Under the pieces are notes generated by a model. That model saw only the letters and a program-made list of their open reading frames with translations, ran no database searches and was not told the origin of the DNA. Shown piece by piece: positions 38,920 to 52,150 of a stretch of DNA of 64,000 nt (the stretch's first letter is position 1; each line of letters begins with the position of its first letter). The stretch lies in NCBI GenBank assembly GCA_951406725.2, contig OX597829.1, forward strand, positions 54,622,001 to 54,686,000, given 5' to 3'. Source of the DNA: Octopus vulgaris. Taxonomy: Eukaryota. Both the position numbers and the translations under genes were made by a program.

Positions 38920-39790
38920 TCGTCGTCATCATTTAACATCCATTTTCCATGCTGGCATGGGTTAGGCAGCTTGACTGGAACTGGTAAGCTGGAGAGCTGC
39001 ACCAGGTTCCAATCTGAGTTTGGATTGGTTTCTATGGCTGGATGTCCTTCCTAATGCCAACCACTCCAAGAGTGTAATAGATGCTTTTTATGTGCCACTG
39101 GGTGCCAGTTATGTGACACCAACATAAACCACAACTACAATTTCACTTGGCATGATACATCTTCTCAAGCCCAGTATATCAACAAAGGTCTTGGTCACTT
39201 GTCGCTGCCTTCACGAGGCCCATTGTTCGAAAGGTGCTTTATACATACCATTGGTACAGGTGCCAGTCATGCAACACTAGCATCAGCCATGACTACCATT
39301 TCACTTGGCTTGATGGGTCTTCACTTGGCTTGACTAATTTTCTCAGCATATCGCCAAAGGTCCCAGTCACTTGTCATTGTCACTGTGTGGCCCAGTGCTT
39401 GAAGATCCTGCTTCATCACCTCATCTCATGTCTTGCTGGGTTTTCTGCTTCCACAGGTTTCCTCCACAGTTACAGATCAGCACTTCTTTACACAGCTGTC
39501 CTTGTCCATACGCATCACATACTAAATTTCTTTCTTTCAAGCCTATGCATGTCCTCAGCAGTCACCATGTTTCACTGCTGTATAACATGTCTATTCACAC
39601 ACATGCATCATACAATCTGCCTTTCACTCTGAGGGAGAGGCTCTTTGTTACCAACAGAGGTAGGAGCTCTCTGAACTTTTCCCAGTCTATTCTTATTCTA
39701 GCCACTACACTCTCTGAGCATCTACCTCTACTACTAACTTGATCACCTAAATAACAGAAGCTATCAACTATTTCTAGCTTTCACCCCTGG
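38920..39790 (-). mobile_element. Family C RTE LINE 3' portion, decayed
   Basis: EIVDSFCYLGDQVSSRG..RIRIDWEKFRELLPLL..VKGRLYDACV; 3' UTR and (GAT)n tail. Confidence 0.85.
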
Positions 39791-39866
39791 GATAGTAGCT
39801 CATAAAAATATATATGGTGCTTATTAAATTATATGTGTGTGTGTGTATAGGGAGAGAGAGAAAGAC

Positions 39867-39908
<42 letters not shown>

Positions 39909-39915
<7 letters not shown>

Positions 39916-40167
39916 TTAAATAAAGTTACAACATGGTCTGGTTTTCACATTTTTTATTATTGTATTTTAACTCAACAGTCAGTTAAATACATTTTGAAAT
40001 CTGATGATTACTATGAATGTATGAAAGCGCTAATTGAACTTTATGAACATTACTAAATATTTTTTTTTTATGTTTAACACAGTTCAACATTGTAAAAAAA
40101 TTATTTTCTAAAATACAATAAAAAAATGTAAAAACCAGATATGTTGTAACCTTATTCAACTGATATA
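39909..40167. mobile_element. Inverted-repeat-bounded element containing a minimal hammerhead motif (39998-40035, +)
   Basis: ~60 bp arms; AAT CTGATGA TTAC..GTAT GAAA GCGC TA ATT. Confidence 0.65.
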
Positions 40168-40234
40168 TTATTCTATACACATTTACACAAATTCAGAAAT
40201 ATATATATATATATATCACATATGTATCATTAGG

Positions 40235-40412
40235 GATTTTTTTCTCCGTCTTCCCTTCCTTGGACCTTTCTTTTTCAATGTTTCTGATGAAGAGCTCTGC
40301 TCGAAACATTAAATCCTCCTTCTTTCTAACCTTTCCTGAGCATCCAATAACACTATACTTGTTCCACATCCTCGCGTTGTTGTGTTTTCTCTTTTTTCAT
40401 GTTTTGAGTAAC
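40235..40412 (+). mobile_element. Penelope-like terminal fragment with minimal hammerhead motif (40281-40313)
   Basis: TTT CTGATGA A GAGC tct GCTC GAAA CA TT AAA; paralogue of 826-1002. Confidence 0.6.
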
Positions 40413-40439
40413 TATACATGTGTGTGTGTGTGTTTTACT

Positions 40440-41390
40440 GGGTATAAGCATTTTAAGAGAAAATTTGATTATAAGAGGTATCAGTTGTGGCATGCAGGAG
40501 AGAAGACTGCACTGATATGGTCATGGGATGCATATGGATGAAGCCAGTTTTGTAAAGAAGTGCCAATCTCTAAATGTGGAAGGAACTTGTGGAAGAGATA
40601 GACCCAGGAAGATGTGGGATGTAGTGGTCACAAAATATTATACTTGATTGGAAACAGGTGAAGTTTGGTGATAGGAAGGGCATCCAGCCATAAAAATGTC
40701 TTCCTCAATAAAGTCTGTCTGACCCATGCAAGCATGGAAAAGTAGACATTAATGAATGATGATGATAATCATCATCATCATCGTGGCAACAACGACGATG
40801 ATATATCAGTAGACTTCACACAGTTGCCATCTACCAAATTTTGCTCACAAGATGCAGGTCAAACTGAAATTAATGGGAGCCATGTAGTGGAATCAGATAC
40901 TCAGAACTATGTGGTTACTCTCTAAATTTCTTTCCCTTTGGGCAGAAACAAATGAAAGAAACGTTTGTAGTTTAAAAGAAGTCAAAGAGCTTACCAGCAT
41001 TTATATACAATAAAAAGCACCATCCGAATCGTGGCCGAAGCCAGTGCCGCCTCGACTGGCTTCCGTGCCAGTGGCACGTAAAATGCACCAATCCGACCGT
41101 GGCCGATGCCAGCCTCGCCTGGCACCAGTGCAGGTGGCACGTAAAAAGCACCATCCGATTGTGGCCGTTGCCAGCCTCACCTGGCCCCCATGCAGGTGGC
41201 ACGTAAAAAGCACCCACTACACTCACGGAGTGGTTGGCGTTAGGAAGGGCATCCAGCTGTAGAAACATTGCCAGATAAGACCGGAGCCTGGTGCAGCCTT
41301 CTGGCTTCCTAGATCCCCGGTCGAACCGTCCAACCCATGCTAGCATGGAGAACGGACGTTAAACGATGATGATGATGATGATGATGATAT
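40440..41390 (+). mobile_element. RTE 3' fragments (40440-40790; family C 41010-41390 with 62-bp VNTR units)
   Basis: MDEASFVKKCQSLNVEGTCGRDRPRK; (GAT)n tails. Confidence 0.8.
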
Positions 41391-42282
41391 ATATATATAT
41401 ATAATGCTATTAAATTCCAGACTTTATTGTATTCATAACCCTTTGCCTGTACTCATAAGCCTAAACCAGAATTCTTGTATATCTTGACACTGTTCTCTTT
41501 CACCTTTTCTGCCAACAGTTTTTTTTTTACTTGCATTGTTTTTTAGTCTTTGTTTACCTTTTACAGAATATAAAAATCTATGGGCTTGACTTGTATCTTA
41601 TGCAACTGAGAAATAAATGTAGAAAAGAAAAAGAAAAAGAACAAAAAAGAGGGAAAAAAAGAAAGAAAAAAAATCAATCACCACCTTTTATACTGCCATA
41701 TGTTTCCTGTTCAATGTAAAAGAGTATAAGGGTTACGGTAGCAGATATTTTATCATGTTGCTTTGTATATTCTATAGAAGAAGGAGAAGAGAAAGAGAGA
41801 AATGGAGGGTGAGAGGGAGAAGGGGTAGTAATAGAAAGAAATAGAAATAAACCAAGAGAAGGACAAAATGATAAGGGTGGAAGCAGAGAAGGAGGGACAG
41901 TGTGTATTTTGTTTTTTCTTTCTTTTATATATATGTGTGTGTGTGTGTGTGTATTTGCTATGAAACTGTATTCTTGACATCGATACTGCTTTAACTTGGA
42001 TCAATTTGGATAAATCAACTTCTTCACAACATGTTTGACATTTCAAACCAGTGTGTTACTTTAACTGGGTGCCATAAAAACACACATTCAACTCCTGACA
42101 TAGATGTAGATTTTTCAAGGATTGCAAGTGTAGAGCAGTGGATTAAATACATTACAGTATAAATTTTGCTGAAATAGTTTTTGCGTTCAAATCAGACCTG
42201 ATCTCAACATGTAACGTACAGAGCTTCAATTCTATTAATTATATTCCACAAAAGTTGACCTTTTATTACTGTGTAAATCAAT

Positions 42283-42580
42283 GAAGGCATGTGGCTTAGT
42301 GGTTAGGGTATTCGACTCACGATCGTAAAGTCATGAGTTCAATTCCTAGACATGTTGTGTCCTTGAGCAAGACACTTTATTTCATGTTGTTTCATTCAGT
42401 CCACTCAGCTGGCAAAAATGAATTGCACCTGTATTTCAAAGAGACAAGGCTTGTGACACTGTGTCATGCTGAATCGCCCCCCCAGAAATACGTTAAGGGT
42501 ACACTTGCACATTAGTTTCACAAGCAGGCTGTTCTGTTGATCGGATCAAGAGGAACCCTAATCATCGTAAGCGACAGTTT
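42283..42580 (+). mobile_element. tRNA-derived SINE
   Basis: TGGCTTAGTGG A box, GAGTTCAATTCC B box, gtgtccttgagcaagacactt. Confidence 0.75.
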
Positions 42581-42829
42581 AAATTGATGAATTAATAAAG
42601 AAACTGTTGCAAAAGTGGGAAACTAAAACTAAACTATTTGAAAAAAGCTTGAGGGTTTCTTTTTAATATTTAATTTAATTTCATTTCATACAGTTCAGGG
42701 TCCAGATTCCACCATAGATGACTTTACAGTTCCATCGTTTTTGCAATCTATAGAGCTTCGATGAATCAATTATATTCTCAAACCTTCAATACTTGACATT
42801 ATGCAAGCAAAAGAAACCAATATCTTTTA

Positions 42830-43222
42830 CCTTTTATCTTTTATTAGACTGCAGCAATGCTGGAGCAACACCTTGAAGGACTTTTAATCAAATGTGTTGA
42901 CTCCAGTACTTTTTTTGTTTTTTGGTCTTAAAGCCTGGTACTCATTCTGTTGATTTCTTTTGCTGAACCACTAAGTCATGGGGACATAAACACACCAACA
43001 CTGGTTGTAAAATAGTAGTAGGGGCAAACACAAACACAATGACACACACATAGGTATACATACAAACAATGGGCTTCCTTCAATTTCTGTCTACCAAATC
43101 CACTCACAAGGCATTTGTCAGCTTGAGACTACAGTAGAAAACACTCGCCCAAGGTGCCATGTAGTGGAACTGAACCCGGAACCTTGTGATTGGGAAGTAA
43201 GCTTCTTACCACACAGCCATGA
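42830..43222 (-). mobile_element. SINE family A copy
   Basis: Reverse complement of family A. Confidence 0.8.
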
Positions 43223-43350
43223 ACTTACATGGCCATGTGATTAAGAAATTTTTCAGAAAGTGATCTTTGGACAAATTATATCCTTGGATTCACCAATGCA
43301 TTATGAATGGAATTTGGCAGATGGAAACTGTTCAGGAACTCATCATGTAA

Positions 43351-43410
<60 letters not shown>

Positions 43411-44286
43411 TTAGGTGCGTACCTGGATGTCTGTAGCATGTGTATCTCTGCATGTTTATGTGTATGTATGTATATATCATCATCATTATCATTTAACATC
43501 CATTTTAAATGGTTTGACTGGAACTGGTAAGCCGGAGAGCTGCATCAGGCTCCAGTCGCCTGTTTGTCTTGCAAAGTACCAGGATACCTTGTCAGTGTTG
43601 GTGCCATGCAAAAAACACTGGTGCTGGTAAAAAGCACCCACTACACTCTTTAAAGTGGCTGGCATAAGGAAGGATAACCAGCTGTAGAAACCTTGCCAAA
43701 ACAGAAAATGGAACCAGGTGTGACTCCTGGCATTGCCAGCTCCTGCAAAATCGTCCAACCCATACCAGCATGGGAAATGGGTGCTAAATGATGATGATGA
43801 TTCTTTCCTGTGACATTCTAATCATATGTTCATAGTACCAGAGCTATGACCTCTCAATGTGGAGAAATCATGGCTCGACTCCGAAAGACTCCCTGATCTT
43901 CATAATCACCCACCTTGTCAAGTAACATCATTCCAGAGATTCTTTGGAGAAATCCCATTTCAGCCACTTGTATCCCATTAACAATAAAATATTACTAATA
44001 ATTTCGTTATAAATATTTTTTTCTTTCTATTTTAAATAGGCCTATAGATGCTCAGCTCTGATCCTACATTATCAAATTCAGAGATGCGCAGTGATCCAGA
44101 TAATAGGATGTCAGTGTAACTCTGGATGTCATTGCTGAAATGCACAATGGGTATGATGGCAGAACACTTTTTCTCACTGATGCCAAGAGGAGATGGAGAA
44201 ACAATAGTACAAATGATTGCTGAATGAGGAGAATGTGTGAAGAAAAGAAGGATAACCCTAAGTAAAATATGCACGAGTTACTTACA

Positions 44287-44476
44287 GGTGCAGGAATGGC
44301 TGTGTGGTATGTAGCTTGCTTCCTAACCACATGATTCTGGGTTCAGTCCCACGGCATGGCACCTTGGGCAAGTGTCTTCTGCTATAGCCTCAGAGCGACC
44401 AAAGCCTTGTGAGTGGATTTGGTAGACAGAAACTGAAAGAAGCCTGTCGTATATATGTGTGTGTGTATATGTATGT

Positions 44477-44517
<41 letters not shown>

Positions 44518-44715
44518 TTTACCCCCACCCCCAATATCACGTGACAACCGATGGTGGTGTGTTCACATCTCCATAACTTAGTGGTTCGGCAAAAGAGACT
44601 GATAGAATAAGTAATAAGCTTCCAAAGAATAAGTCCTGGGGTCAATTTGCTCAACTAAAGGCGGTGCTCCAGCATGGCCACATCAAATGACTGAAACAAG
44701 TAAAAGAGTAAAAAG
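44287..44715 (+). mobile_element. Full-length tRNA-derived SINE family A
   Basis: A box TGGCTGTGTGG, B box GGTTCAGTCCC, internal TG repeat, tail ctgaaacaagtaaaagagta. Confidence 0.9.
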
Positions 44716-45076
44716 TAATTAAGATGTAATCCTCAATGAATTGCTATGAGGGTAAATAAGTGGCAACAGGACAAGTGCTTCTTGGTATACTTGGTATGCC
44801 CAGGCTACCAAGTATTTGTTGAACTTTAGAAATAACTGTTAACCTATAAAATTGGAACTTCATTCTATTGTCTTCAGATGGCTTTAGTCTGAATTTTGAA
44901 ATGCTACAACTTGGCATGTTTTCCTCTCACGTAAAATCTCTGAGTTCTGGTGCAATAAAATCAATGCTAAACCTATAAATTCTAACAAAACGTCCACACT
45001 TTCTTTCAATAACGCATCTAAAATGTTCTAAACTTTAAAAGTGTAGTCCTTAGTCTCCCTTGGTTCTTGTTCTCTT

Positions 45077-45415
45077 ATCATCATCATCATCGTTTAACGT
45101 CCGTTTTCCGTGCTAGCACGGGTTGGATGGTTCAACCGGGGTCTGGGAAGCCAGGAGGCTGCACCAGGCTCCAGTCTGATCTGGCAGTGTTTCTACAGCT
45201 GGATGCCCTTCCTAATGCCAACTACCCCATGAGTGTAGTGGGTGCTCTTTACGTGCCACTGGCACAAGTGCCAGGGGATGCTGGCAGCGGCCATGATCAG
45301 TTGGTGCTTTTTACATGCCACTGGCACAGAAGCCAGTCAAGGCGGCGCTGGCATAGTCACGTTTGGATGGTGCTTTTTACGTGCCACCGGCACAGGTATC
45401 ACAACTACAATTTCC
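45077..45415 (-). mobile_element. Family C RTE 3' UTR fragment
   Basis: Match to 28700-29500. Confidence 0.85.
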
Positions 45416-46349
45416 ATATTTTGTGCAAAATATTTAAATAAGTTTTATTTTAACCGGATTGTTTTGAAGGAAGGCATTGATAATAGACTTCACTGACACT
45501 CAGAGATTGGTTGGAATGACATGATTAATGTTCCTCAAGAGAATTCCAGAGGGTTGACATCCTGGGGTCCTAAGCTTGGTGATTAGTGCAAGGCATGAGG
45601 AGAGGGTGTGGACCCAATATTGGTAATAAGAGGTGGAGAGACAAGTCGGACGTGCTTGAATGGAGATGGTTCAAGATCAACCAGCCGTGAGGTACAGAGG
45701 CAAGTGTAGTGGTTAGCAGTAGAAAAAGCATAGAGAGAAGAGAGAACATCTACGAATCAGAAGCTGGAGTGTGTTGGTAATTTCATGCTAATCAATCTGG
45801 TCGTCTTTTGTGGGTGGAAAGCAATGTTTTAGAAAGATGAGCAGGAAAGTGTGCATGTGTGTGTGTGTGTGCATTGTCTGTGAAAGAGAGGGAGAAAAAG
45901 AATTAGTGAGAAAGAGAGAGAAAGAAAATGAACAGACCAGTTCATCACTCCATTACAATAATCAATCTTTCAGCACCTCTTCCTGTAAAATCTTCTTTTA
46001 TACCACAAAAGGATCTTTAATCTGAGATTTTTTTTCCATATTTTATTTCAGGATGATTTTGAAAAACATTTAAGAAATATGATGTTATTTCAACACAGAC
46101 AGACTTGCTTATAAACATAAATTGAAAAAAGAGAATTTTCAATGAGTGAAGTACATGAATCTACACTTATTAAACATGAATTTTTCTTTAGAAATTGTTA
46201 TAAATGCATGATATTTGTAGAATTTGTATAAAAGAAAATAGTTGGTGTCACTTATAATGATTTCTAAGATAGGGACAAGACCACAAGTTGGGGAAGTGGG
46301 CTGAGAAGTAATCATCCATTAGAGCAACTCAGTAATTAACCAGCAATTG

Positions 46350-46620
46350 TTGAAACGCAAAGCTGATTCCCACTGCATCTAAGCATGGATGAAACGCTGA
46401 TCCCCTCTACATCTAAACAAGGATGAAATGCAAAGCTGAGCCCCACTATATCTAAACTAAGCAAGGATGAAATGCAAGGATGAACCACTGATTCCCACTT
46501 CATTTAAGCATGGATGAAATGCAAGGATGAAACGCTGACCCTCTCTACATCTCAGTAAGGATGAAACGCAAAGCTGGTCCCCTCTACATTTAAACTTAGG
46601 ACATCAAAGTTGGTCCCCAC
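46350..46620. repeat. Degenerate minisatellite (~35-55 bp units)
   Basis: Repeated GGATGAAAYGCAAAGCTGA...ctacatctaa. Confidence 0.8.
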
Positions 46621-48806
46621 CCCCCAAAAAAACTCTACAAATTGAACTTAGAATTATATCTAAACACCACAAAATGTTTTGTCTGTCTTAGAACTAAAAG
46701 GTTGATGTTATGGAGAGACAAGCTGTCAATTTACCTTAGCCTGAGTCTGCAACTTGGATTTAATTTCTGAGAGAGAGAGAGAGAGAGAGAGACAGAGAAA
46801 GACACAGACAGACAAAAGAAAAAGACAGAGAGGCATATTTCACATTCACAAATATGTGGTCTTCAGCTTTTGTAAGAAATGAATCATATTTTCAATTTAA
46901 TTTCTTATAAAGATTTAAATTATAGATGACTAAAAAACAAGCAAACAATGATATTTATGATTCCCCACCCCACCCCCCACCCCCACCCCCATAGCATTGA
47001 ACGATTTGAGTGAAAGAGTTGTAATTAGGAATCAAAACCAGCTCATTCTTTTTGCTTGGAATTTGCTGCTCCAAGGTTTTAATACACATTATTGATTGAG
47101 GATCATGCTTGGAATTAAGGTAACAGTGAATAATTATCATAAGAGATCAGATGAACAAACACTCTTCCCCAGTAACGGGCTCTTTTTTTCTTCTTTCGGC
47201 ACACCTGTATATACCTTTCTGTTATGGAGCCCAGTGAAGAAAACTCCTTAGCGGTTGTCCAAACAGCTAGAAGTAACAGGCAAATATCCCTCAAAATACA
47301 CCTTACTGTCTACGCAAAAGGGGAAAATACATAAGATCCTGAATTAGTTGTAGATATTACCCCCCCCCCCTACTGAAAAACAAAACAAAACAAAACAAAA
47401 AGAAAAATAGATGGACCTAACTGGAATGCCATTAATTATGAGGTGTGTGCTCCATCAGGGGCAGACCTGAGCTAAACAACAATAGCAACAACCCCATTTT
47501 ACATCTATTTAATTCAATTTAGCCAATGCAGTGGTCTCACCCTGTCTATTGATTATTAACTATTGTGTGGATTAGAACAAGTTTTATTGCTTCTTTCTTT
47601 GTAATTTTTTTTTTTTTTTATCCACCTTTCCCTGGAGATTATATAGAAATATTTTGTGCTTGTTTATATAGCTTCTTACTTAACTATTTTCATATTCCTA
47701 GATTGCCATATCTGAATATATAAAATAGTGGTGGTAGCCAGTGTTGCTACTTACTATTAAAAACCAACCAAGCTCTCTCTACACACTGTGTATGGCTTTT
47801 CAGAAGATGCTGCTTGTAACTGGCAGAACCAATGCTATCTTCTACGCCCACGTGTTTTTTTGCTTTCTTCTTTCTCTCTTTTTTATTTATTTATTTATTT
47901 ATTTTTTGCTAATTTTACTAGACACACTCTTCTTTTTTCTTCGATCCTGTAAATATCGAATGGAAAACCAGATAGATTATTCTGGCTGCCTGTTATACTT
48001 ATATTCGTTCAGGCTTTCGCCTTTTCTCATCTCGCCATTCATTCATAAAAACTATTTATATAACTAATATGTATGTATGTATATGTGCGTGTATGTATGT
48101 GTATGTGCGTGTATGTATGTGTATGTGCGTGTATGTATGTATATGTGCGTGTATGTATGCGTGTGTGTGCCTGTTCTCTCATTCGCTTCCTACCTCATTT
48201 AAATATTTTTATGCTTGTTTTTCTTTAGTATCCAGGTTTACGCCTGCGCCCGCTTACTAATTGGTGTTTCTCTCTCGCTCATCTCTTCTGTCGCCCACAC
48301 ACCCACACACACACCCACACACGAATGTCTGAACTAGTTGATCCACCTACACACACATACATACATACATACATCATACGCCCTCGTAAGCGTGTCCACA
48401 TGTTCAAACACGCGCTCGTAAGGATATCGCTAAGACAGATTCGAAGAGTTAGAGAGAGAGAGAGAGAGAGAGAGGGGTAGGGATAGAAAGAAAACCAGAC
48501 TTGGAGTCTCTTTGCAATTGTTCTAAGGTTACATCGTAGTGGATGTCTTTGGCATCGACTACATCCATTTCTTCTCCACCACTTTCTTTTCATTGCAAGC
48601 GAAAATTCCTGCGATTGTCGCATTATTGCAGCATTTGTAGGTTAAGACAAAGTGGTCTGACTACTCTATCACCTGATTCCTTACATTGTTCTAATAAATG
48701 CTAAATTACAAAATTTCTTCAACAGCAATGAAGTGTCAATGCATTCGGCTGCTAAATTCGCGAACCGATTTCAAATTCCGATTACATATCTTCACACACA
48801 CACACA

Positions 48807-48837
<31 letters not shown>

Positions 48838-49022
48838 GCGCACACACACACACACACATATTAGATAATGTCCTTGTGTTCATCAAACAACTATATTTTC
48901 GATTGCATTTTTTTTAAAGGTGTATGAAATTTGAATTTTTATTAAAATTAGAATTCTTAAATGACGATTAAATATCGAATACACAAAACAGAACTTTTCT
49001 GTTAATTACAAACAGAAAGACG

Positions 49023-49078
<56 letters not shown>

Positions 49079-51009
49079 GCATATACAGGTATACATCAAC
49101 GTATGTTGGTAATTGTTCCAAAATTTAACTCAAAAAACGACGCAACATTTAAGAAAAATCGCTTAATTCATTCGCTTGTATCTTTGTACATATTTTTTAC
49201 TTGTTTTCCACTTCAATATTAATTTTTAGATGTTTGCTTTTTATGCCTTTAAATGTTCTCTGAGACCGATTTCGAATCGGATAAATCGAATGAAATTGAA
49301 GTTTGTTATTTTTTTTCCCCGTTAATTTCTTAAAAAAGAAAAACGACGTAAAGTCGAAAAAGATGTAACTCGAAACGACATAAGTTGAGGTATGCCTCTT
49401 TCTTCGTTGGGCACAAGGGCCGCAATTACACATACTAAGATCGAAAATAATTATTGCAACAGTTGCTCTCATTTCATAACCACTTTTCATTCATTTATTT
49501 TAACATTGCAGATGGTTTTTTTTTTTTTTTTTTAGCTTCATTTTATTTCGCTGTTCGCCGGTTTTCGAAAATTATGCGTACAAGAAGGTGTGTACCGGGT
49601 TAGGATTAGGGAGATAAATTTAATGGATATAGAAATGGATTTACTGATCTACTAATGAACTGGTGGTTTTACTGGCTAAGATAAGGATTTTCATTAAAAA
49701 AAAAAAACAGTATTTTTTTTTCTTTCAAAATGTATATTACATAATTTGACAAATGTTTAAAAGAAATATTACATTAGAAGAGATTTGTGTAGAGAGAGGG
49801 GAATGCCTACAATACACCAATTTTCTGCTCGCTCTGTCTGTCTCTCTTCCTCTCCCCCTCTCTCTCTCTGAATCTGAAGCTTACTTGCAACACACACACA
49901 GACACACACACACACATTCGAATCAATAATGGAGATCCTACGCTGTTGTTAGGTCTGCTAGATATAGCAGCTAACCCGCCCTTAAATCACGCCCCCCTGA
50001 CTTGGAAAAAGAAGGAAAGATTGACTGGTTAGTGCAGTCTCATGTACAGTATGCCTTACAAAATAATAATAATGATAATAATGATTTCTTTTATAATAAT
50101 AATACATTAAAATAAACGGAATGATATGGTTTGAATGCCTTTGGTTATAGTTTACTAAACTGAGGTCAAATCTGGAACTAAACTACTACAAAGCTCATGT
50201 AGTCATTCCACATGGTAAAAACAGCAGCAAAATGTCCCTCAAATCCCCCCCCCCCAAGGCAGCGTTGGACGCGTAGTATTAGATATGTGATACCTGACAC
50301 ACAAAAAATCACGTTAGTTATGGCTGGAACACTTTCGATTATTGGTCTCCTCAACTAGGACTGGCCTGGCACTGCACTTGAATAAAACCGACGACAGAGC
50401 ACCTGCGTGATTGCTTGATCTGCTAGAAATAGCAGCGACGTCGCCCTCGTATTCCACTCTGCTTCTGCCGCCTTTAAGTGAGGTAATGACGTAGAAAATG
50501 AAAGTAAACTTGTGTGGAATATGACTGTTAACGTCCTTGACCTCGTGCACACAACAGAAGCATCACTTGCAGATAAAACATCCTTTTATACGAGTCCACC
50601 ACTCAGATTAATTAAATTCAGTTTAGTTAATCTTAGTAAGCGCTTACGTGAAATGATGTTTTATATGTAAAATGAGAGAACATATATATATATATATAAA
50701 ATGTTTTTTATCCGTTTCGTTTTGTATCTTAGGTCAAGGACATTACGTAAGTTATTCGACAGGCGAATCATAGACGGGATGGTTTCAGCTACGATAATAT
50801 TTTTCTGTGGCTGCTCAGGCAAACTTTACCTGAGGCTAAACAACAAAGTGGATGATATAAAATGACAAATAAATAATAAATTAGCAAAAAAGGGTCATGG
50901 TGTATTTCGCTTTCTCAATCTTCGGATAACTGCCGTGGGAAAAACTACGTAAACAGTAACATGAAAACGAAAGTGTGGATCTAACAGCAGACACTGCAGG
51001 GGTGTGTGG

Positions 51010-51048
<39 letters not shown>

Positions 51049-51094
51049 CGCGCGTGCGTGAACGAGTGAGTGTGTGTGTGTGCTCTGTTTTTAT

Positions 51095-51588
51095 TTCTAA
51101 TTTGAGAGAAAATTTTGACCGGCCACCAACACTTGGTTGTAAAGGAAAGTAACTTCTTTGAACCATAACCCTTTAAATCTTAAAAAGGTCTTGCAAATTT
51201 TAATAGTCTCAGATACCATGATCGTACGTAACATACGAATTAAGGATTTGTATTCTCTCCCCAAGATCCCAAATTCAGGTATACTTTGCTCCAAATAGGT
51301 TGGGATGTATCCTGTTGCTTCCATAATAACAGGTATGAAACTGAAAGGGTATCTTGGGTGCTGGATTTGCAAACTCCTTTTCAATGGTTCATCGAAGTAC
51401 TCTTTGCTTTCTATTTTGCCAACAACATTCGTGCCCAGGGGACAACTGATTTCCACAACAGAACATCTTTTTTTTGTGTGTGTGGTTCTACATGATACCT
51501 GGTCAGTCGTGTTTTAACTTATTGACTGGTTTGGTTTTAATTTCCTCCAATATTCCTTTGACCCATTAGTCTCTAAATGGTCAAGTTC

Positions 51589-51590
<2 letters not shown>
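51095..51590 (-). mobile_element. R4/Dong-like REL retrotransposon 3' fragment
   Basis: KEYW..KHD.PGI..CSVVEISCP..FIPVIMEATGYIP..VSETIKICKTFL, homologous to 23430-23790. Confidence 0.75.
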
Positions 51591-51619
<29 letters not shown>

Positions 51620-52097
51620 TGTATGTATGTATGTATGTATGTATGTATGTATGTATGTATGTATGTATGTGTGTGTATGTATGTATGTATGTATGTATGT
51701 ATGTGTGTATGTATGTATGTATGAATGAATGTATGTATGTATGAATGAATGTATGTATGTATGTATGTATGAATGTATGTATGTATGTATGTATGAATGT
51801 ATGTATGTATGTATGTATGTATGCATGTATGTATGTATGTATGTATGTGTGTATGTATGTATGTATGTATGTATGTATGTTTGTATGTATGTATGTATGT
51901 ATGTATGTATGTTTGTATGTATGTATGCATGCATGCATGCATGTATGTATGTATGTATGCATGTATGTATGCATGCATGCATGCATGTATGTATGCATGT
52001 ATGTATGTATGATGCATACTTGCATGTATGCATGTATGTATGTATGATGCATACTTGCATGTATGCATGTATGCTTGCATTTATCTATGTATGTATG

Positions 52098-52131
<34 letters not shown>

Positions 52132-52150
52132 TGTATGTATGTATGTATGT
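51590..52150. repeat. (TATG)n microsatellite
   Basis: Direct reading. Confidence 0.95.

Noticed and set aside
45520-45800. Possible Penelope GIY-YIG C-terminal remnant on minus (LITKLRTPG)
   Set aside because: Single weak motif with multiple stops
46052-46114. Plus-strand terminal exon DDFEKHLRNMMLFQHRQTCL*
   Set aside because: Good acceptor, but no supporting upstream exons or recognisable homology
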